A DNA stretch of 64,000 bases from a phage. Positions 61,688 to 64,000 of the stretch are shown in pieces. The stretch lies in sequence record PZ452579.1; one strand, given 5' to 3'. Position 1 is the stretch's first letter; each line of letters starts with the position of its first letter. The notes beneath the pieces are model-generated. The model was not told the DNA's origin. It saw only the letters and a program-made list of their open reading frames with translations, and made no database searches. The position numbers and the translations under genes were made by a program.

Positions 61688-62686
61688 TTATGATACTAAT
61701 TCAATCCATGCAGGACGCAGAACATCTTGCACCATTCGGACTAATTCTTTCTTAACAAGATTCGGATTATCAGATGATGTTAATACAATACCTTCACGAG
61801 AAGTTTCTTCCAGAATATCTTGAACAGTCAATCCCATCACTTTGCCAAAATCTTTTGGCGTTACAGTCCCAATCTTAGAAATCACATTATTAACACGATT
61901 TAATGTAACATAACAAGCTAGAACATCAAGCAAGTTTTTGTCAATTTCGGTTAATGGAACCTGAGTTTTAATAGGCTTATCAGACTTTTTCTTTTCACTG
62001 AATTTAGAGTTCTTGCACTTAATAGCTACACGAGTACCGTTTGGCAACCATTTAGGGAAACAAGGCTTCAGAACATAACCTTCTGCCGTATTATCGCCAA
62101 TAACATTAGCATCAAATACACAATTATTTGCTTCTACAAGGTCTTCTGACGCAGTAGCATTATAAGCGGCTAAGACAGAATCAAGGTCATTTGGAATCAT
62201 GATAAGAGAATCAAATGTTCCACGACCAAGCATTGGTGCCATTTTAAAACCTAATTCATTACAGAAATCTTGCATTTCGTAATCGGTCAAATACGTATTA
62301 TCACCACTTTCTGTATTGATAAGGATATCGAACACATAAAAATCTTTTTCACCGTAGTCAACACCTTTCTGGATTCCACCACCAGCGAATTCACCGAATA
62401 CTTGATATGATACGGCTCGAGCTGTGTACATGAATTCCTGAACGGCTTTAATAGCTTTATCATACTTCTTGAGTACGATTTCATAACCATAAAAATCTTC
62501 TGCTGGAAGAATAGGGCCTGTGCGCTTGGCGCATGTGACGTTGTCACGTTCAATTATTAACGAGAAGTTGGTCCCGTGGATTTTCTCACGTGCTACCCAA
62601 ACACCAGTAGTCAAACCATTAGTGTAGAGTTTTTCAATAAACTTAGAGTTGTAGTGGTTTTCAAGACTGCTGTATTTCTTAAACAT
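61688..62686 (-). CDS. rnlB: RNA ligase 2
   Basis: 332-aa ORF; adenylation motif KIHGTNF; closely resembles T4 Rnl2 as recalled. Confidence 0.9.
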   Translation of the reverse strand: MFKKYSSLENHYNSKFIEKLYTNGLTTGVWVAREKIHGTNFSLIIERDNVTCAKRTGPILPAEDFYGYEIVLKKYDKAIKAVQEFMYTARAVSYQVFGEFAGGGIQKGVDYGEKDFYVFDILINTESGDNTYLTDYEMQDFCNELGFKMAPMLGRGTFDSLIMIPNDLDSVLAAYNATASEDLVEANNCVFDANVIGDNTAEGYVLKPCFPKWLPNGTRVAIKCKNSKFSEKKKSDKPIKTQVPLTEIDKNLLDVLACYVTLNRVNNVISKIGTVTPKDFGKVMGLTVQDILEETSREGIVLTSSDNPNLVKKELVRMVQDVLRPAWIELVS

Positions 62687-62805
62687 AAATCACCATTATA
62701 AATAATAATATCAAAATAATTAGCAGAGACTCTATCTCTGACCAGATGTTTAATTTGAATGGATAGAACCTAGATTCATTATACCATCAAAAAATGTAAA
62801 GCATA

Positions 62806-63057
62806 CTAGAACTTGATTTCTATCCAGTGCCCATCACGCTGGTCGTGATTAATTTTATACTGAAAGCCATTATCACGTAACCACTGCCCGACTTGCTCGG
62901 TGATAGTTAAATCATTCTTTGATGGATAGTACGTGAATTGTGTCTGACCTTTGTCAGCAGCTTTCTCTGCTATTACTGAGAAGTTAGTAATAAAATCACT
63001 CAACAAATTGGCTTTAGTGGCCAGAGCCCTTTCTCTTAATTCCTGTGCAAAACTCAT
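62806..63057 (-). CDS. hypothetical protein (T4 24.2 position)
   Basis: 83-aa ORF. Confidence 0.5.
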   Translation of the reverse strand: MSFAQELRERALATKANLLSDFITNFSVIAEKAADKGQTQFTYYPSKNDLTITEQVGQWLRDNGFQYKINHDQRDGHWIEIKF

Positions 63058-63260
63058 TTCTTCACCTTTTTATTAATCAGACGTTTACGGTATACAACCT
63101 TTTCTTTTGCTTTAAACTTTGACCGAGCTGTCTCGGCTTTAGTCCATAGTAATCCAACTTCTTTAGGTTGTAAACCGATTTTTTGAGCAATTTCTACGAA
63201 TGAAAATCCCGCCTCATGTAATGTATAAACTTCAACTTCAGCTCTCATAATCAATCCCAT
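63054..63260 (-). CDS. hypothetical basic protein (T4 24.3 position)
   Basis: 68-aa ORF with Lys/Arg-rich C-terminus. Confidence 0.5.
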   Translation of the reverse strand: MGLIMRAEVEVYTLHEAGFSFVEIAQKIGLQPKEVGLLWTKAETARSKFKAKEKVVYRKRLINKKVKK

Positions 63261-63349
63261 ATTATTTGGTTTGTGCCATTATATACATCAATCTCAAGTT
63301 GTGTTTTGTATGCTTTAAAAACGAAGAAAGGGGCCGAAGCCCCTTACGA

Positions 63350-64000
63350 TTATGGATATGTATAGATGATACCAGTTTCCAAAGCAGTTTTATGGATGAT
63401 GTATCCATTACGTGATTCTTGAACATCAACTTCTGGGTAGTCTTTCATCATCTTCTGAAGAGTGTAACGATGCAGGTAGTATTTACTATCTGGATCTTCA
63501 GTTTTCCAATCTTTACCTTCTTCAGTCATTTTTTGGATTTCATCCATAACCCACCAACCGCACCAGATGTAAGCTGAAGTACGATGTGGAAGAGGATGAA
63601 CATAAGGTAATTCACCTTCTGGCTCTGGAACAACTTTATCAGTTACCTGAACTTGACCTTCTGCTGTAATAGTTTTGCTATCATAATCAGTAGCAGTAAC
63701 AGTTGCAGTAACTTCAATAGTTTGACTTCCAATAGATGAGGTATCAACGGTATATACATTAGTTGACCCTTCTACAGGAGAAGAATCTTTCTTCCATGAA
63801 TACGCAATTTGCGCTTCTTCTGGAGCATCAGTGACATTAGCGGTAAATGTAGCTGAAGCATCTTGCTGAACGTTAATAGAAGGAGGAGTCAATGTAACCT
63901 GTGGATTCATTGTCTTCTTATTAACCGTTAATGATACTTCATTAGAAGTAACTTCCTTTGCATCATAATCTGCCGCGGTTACTTGGGCTACGCATTTAAT
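63350..64000 (-). CDS. hoc: outer capsid protein Hoc, 3' portion (5' end beyond window)
   Basis: C-terminal 186 aa resemble T4 Hoc (…PYVHPLPHRTSAYIWCGWWVMDEIQKM…); track start at 63910 is an internal Met; frame stays open to the window edge. Confidence 0.85.
   Translation of the reverse strand: MKCVAQVTAADYDAKEVTSNEVSLTVNKKTMNPQVTLTPPSINVQQDASATFTANVTDAPEEAQIAYSWKKDSSPVEGSTNVYTVDTSSIGSQTIEVTATVTATDYDSKTITAEGQVQVTDKVVPEPEGELPYVHPLPHRTSAYIWCGWWVMDEIQKMTEEGKDWKTEDPDSKYYLHRYTLQKMMKDYPEVDVQESRNGYIIHKTALETGIIYTYP

Overview
This window reads as a segment of a T4-like (T-even) myovirus genome; no host chromosome, integrase, IS element or CRISPR array is evident. Identifications rest on reading the supplied ORF translations against remembered T4 proteins and motifs; no database search was run. 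Hand-derived coordinates for promoters, terminators and RNAs are approximate (about +/-2 nt). Layout: (i) 1-31365, minus strand, early/middle genes: a variable block of unknown genes (1-8300), then rI, tk, regB, a GrcA-like gene, denV, lysozyme e, nudE, a tRNA region, ipI, 57B/57A and genes 1, 3, 2, 4. (ii) 31427-61658, plus strand, the conserved late morphogenesis module in T4 order (53, 5, 5.1, 5.4, 6-12, wac, 13-20, 67, 68, 21, 22, 23, 24). (iii) 61688-64000, minus strand: rnlB, two small ORFs and the 3' part of hoc. Most notable: seven ORFs carrying an N-terminal capsid-targeting sequence (internal-protein family; T4 has three ip genes plus alt); a P-loop ATPase / Pol-beta-type nucleotidyltransferase cassette; a macro-domain-like protein and a secreted SLT-like protein; a phage GrcA-like gene with a host-like C-terminus; a family of 20+ early-promoter elements with embedded inverted repeats; and a tRNA region with only two clear tRNAs plus a tRNA-like structured RNA.
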